A DNA stretch of 52,797 nucleotides, counting the filler, from Basidiobolus ranarum (Eukaryota): assembly GCA_040143965.1 (NCBI GenBank). It is 2 parts of 2 records of this genome, joined end to end, with 100 filler letters (N's around TTAATTAATTAA, not from the genome) between each part and the next. Parts side by side here need not be neighbours in the genome. Positions count along the whole stretch, not along the records: positions 26,483 to 52,797 come from JASJQH010007008.1; 1 more part is not named here. One strand, written 5' to 3'. The first letter of the stretch is position 1; each line of letters opens with the position of its first letter. The notes under the pieces were generated by a model. The model was not told the DNA's origin, searched no databases, and was given only the letters and a program-made list of their open reading frames with translations. This document shows positions 51,126 to 52,797 of the stretch, piece after piece. Position numbers and translations under genes: made by a program.

Positions 51126-52691
51126 GACTAGTGAGTGAAGTGCAGTTAGTAAAATAGCACCAGAGTCAGTGATGTTGTGATTACTTACAAGTAAAATAGA
51201 AATGAAAACGATAGATTTTGAAAATCCCTCAATAACCAGACCCAGCTTTTATTCTAATATTTGTTAAGCAATAATATCGATCTTACCAAAACGGTGGTAT
51301 GACAAAGTTTTTTGGAAACATTCTCAATGATTTCGAGGCTTAAAGGTCTAGTCCAGAGCCTCTCCATATAGCCATCGACTAATTCAACCTATAGCCACTA
51401 GCTAATGTAACCTTCCAAATTCCACCTTCCCCGCTACGAAACCGCCAATTTCGATATCAAGTGATACGAAGTAACTCCAGGTCCATGATACATTCAGTGA
51501 GAGGATATCCTTGACATCTCTGGTTTGGCTCTTCATGGTTCATATTGCTAGCAAGGTACCCTTCGACCACTTCGGTAGAATTCAATGAAAAACAGGAATC
51601 AATAAAAAGCTGGGGTGTGTAATCTATCCAAGTTAAGCAATTTGTTGTGTTCCGAAATACCGAATTGGAGTTATACTTTGGAATATTCGTTACATAAGAT
51701 CATCTAGGTTGGTTTGGAAAATATCTGCGGGATTAATGTAAACTTACCTGGGATGGATATAATCATCTCCTATGATTTTCCTTTATATAATAATCCAGAA
51801 TAGTCAAATATCCGTATTCGCTCCAGAATAATCAAAGAGCTCCAGAATCGAGATCATGTTCAAATCATGGCTTAGGCTAATTTATCGAAAAAAGTACTCG
51901 TGTTTGAGATATAATGTGTAAGCAGTCTCCAAGAATCTTCTGCTATGTGATAATCATATGAAGGTATGGCCACAGTGTGGCTTTCAATTTGACTGAATGC
52001 AAGTCACTTGTAAACTCACTCGTAAGACCAATAGATGTATGCACTAGTAGTATGTTCATCTGCGCCCACATTGTTAACGTCTGTTTAAAGTGGGGAAGTC
52101 TACTAACATGCTTAGGCATTATAGGTCAATCTAGAACGAAGGATAACTGGAACATAATGATTTATGCAGAACGATGGGAATTTTTTGGCATTAATGGAAA
52201 CTGTGGAGTCTGGGGGTTGTCATACGACTTGAATGTTGGAGCGTCTTGACCGACATATCTTAGGATAATGATCAAAATTAATATCTATATTGATTGTTAT
52301 CTAGTAATAGCATTAATATTGAGGGGAATAAAATATAGAGAAAAGTTAATTGGGATAATTTTGAGTAAGCATATACTCGTATTAGTGATCTTGTCTACTT
52401 TATACCCATTATCTCCCATAAATTTATGAACAGTTTCCTCACATTTTGTTGAAATTGAATAGTTAAGCGACATATTCTATGTACATGTGAATTTGGTTCA
52501 TATATATATATTTCTTATTTCCAATCCACCCCACAACAGATTATCTAGCAGCGTTTCTCTACACTACCTCTTGTCAACTAACAGTATCAGTTCAGCCCTT
52601 TCAATGATGAATGAATACTGCATTTAACATGAATGTGATGTTAATATCCTCTAACTGTTGAGGTAATTTGGAAGTTGCTGGAAGTGATTTG

Positions 52692-52797
52692 TGTTAAAGT
52701 ATTTGGGAGCCTGTTGGAAGTGGTTTGGAGAATTAGAGGAATTGGTGGTTTTCACTTATTGATTTATTGAGTAGAAAGTTGACATTTATAGTTTTGT
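52692..52797 (-). mobile_element. Repeat family A copy truncated by window end
   Basis: TGTTAAAGTATTTGGGAGCCTGTTGGAAGTGGTTTGGAG is the near-exact reverse complement of 10395-10500. Confidence 0.85.

Noticed and set aside
51742-51780. ACTTACCTGG resembling the U1 snRNA 5' end
   Set aside because: No U1-70K loop or Sm site recognised; better read as a minus-strand splice-donor-like sequence or chance

Overview
This is eukaryotic, AT-rich genomic DNA with many short GT-AG introns. The gene content and protein styles suggest an early-diverging fungus (zygomycete-like; this is inference). An artificial 100-nt spacer (N44-TTAATTAATTAA-N44, 26383-26482) splits the window, so the two halves may not be truly adjacent. 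Left half: a CBM21 glycogen-targeting PP1 subunit, GlcNAc-6-P deacetylase, an MFSD1-like MFS transporter, a multi-exon Slo/KCa-family K+ channel, NADH-cytochrome b5 reductase, gamma-COP, a secreted Ser/Thr/His-rich repeat protein, and several clusters of a ~330-bp TG..CA solo-LTR-like repeat (nested and inverted copies). Right half: an ankyrin+DIL protein, a membrane-tethered ATF6-like bZIP, SNF1/AMPK, an acidic hypothetical protein, an ankyrin+DysF protein, an Ssk2/Wis4-type MAPKKK, a DUG3-like glutamine amidotransferase and an Osm1-like fumarate reductase-cytochrome b5. Best leads: (1) two upstream exons that splice in frame to put a BRCT-like domain on the N-terminus of the stress MAPKKK; (2) a bZIP-TM protein with ATF6-like luminal motifs in a fungus; (3) an animal-like Slo2-type channel. 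All family calls come from motif recognition by eye; no searches were run.
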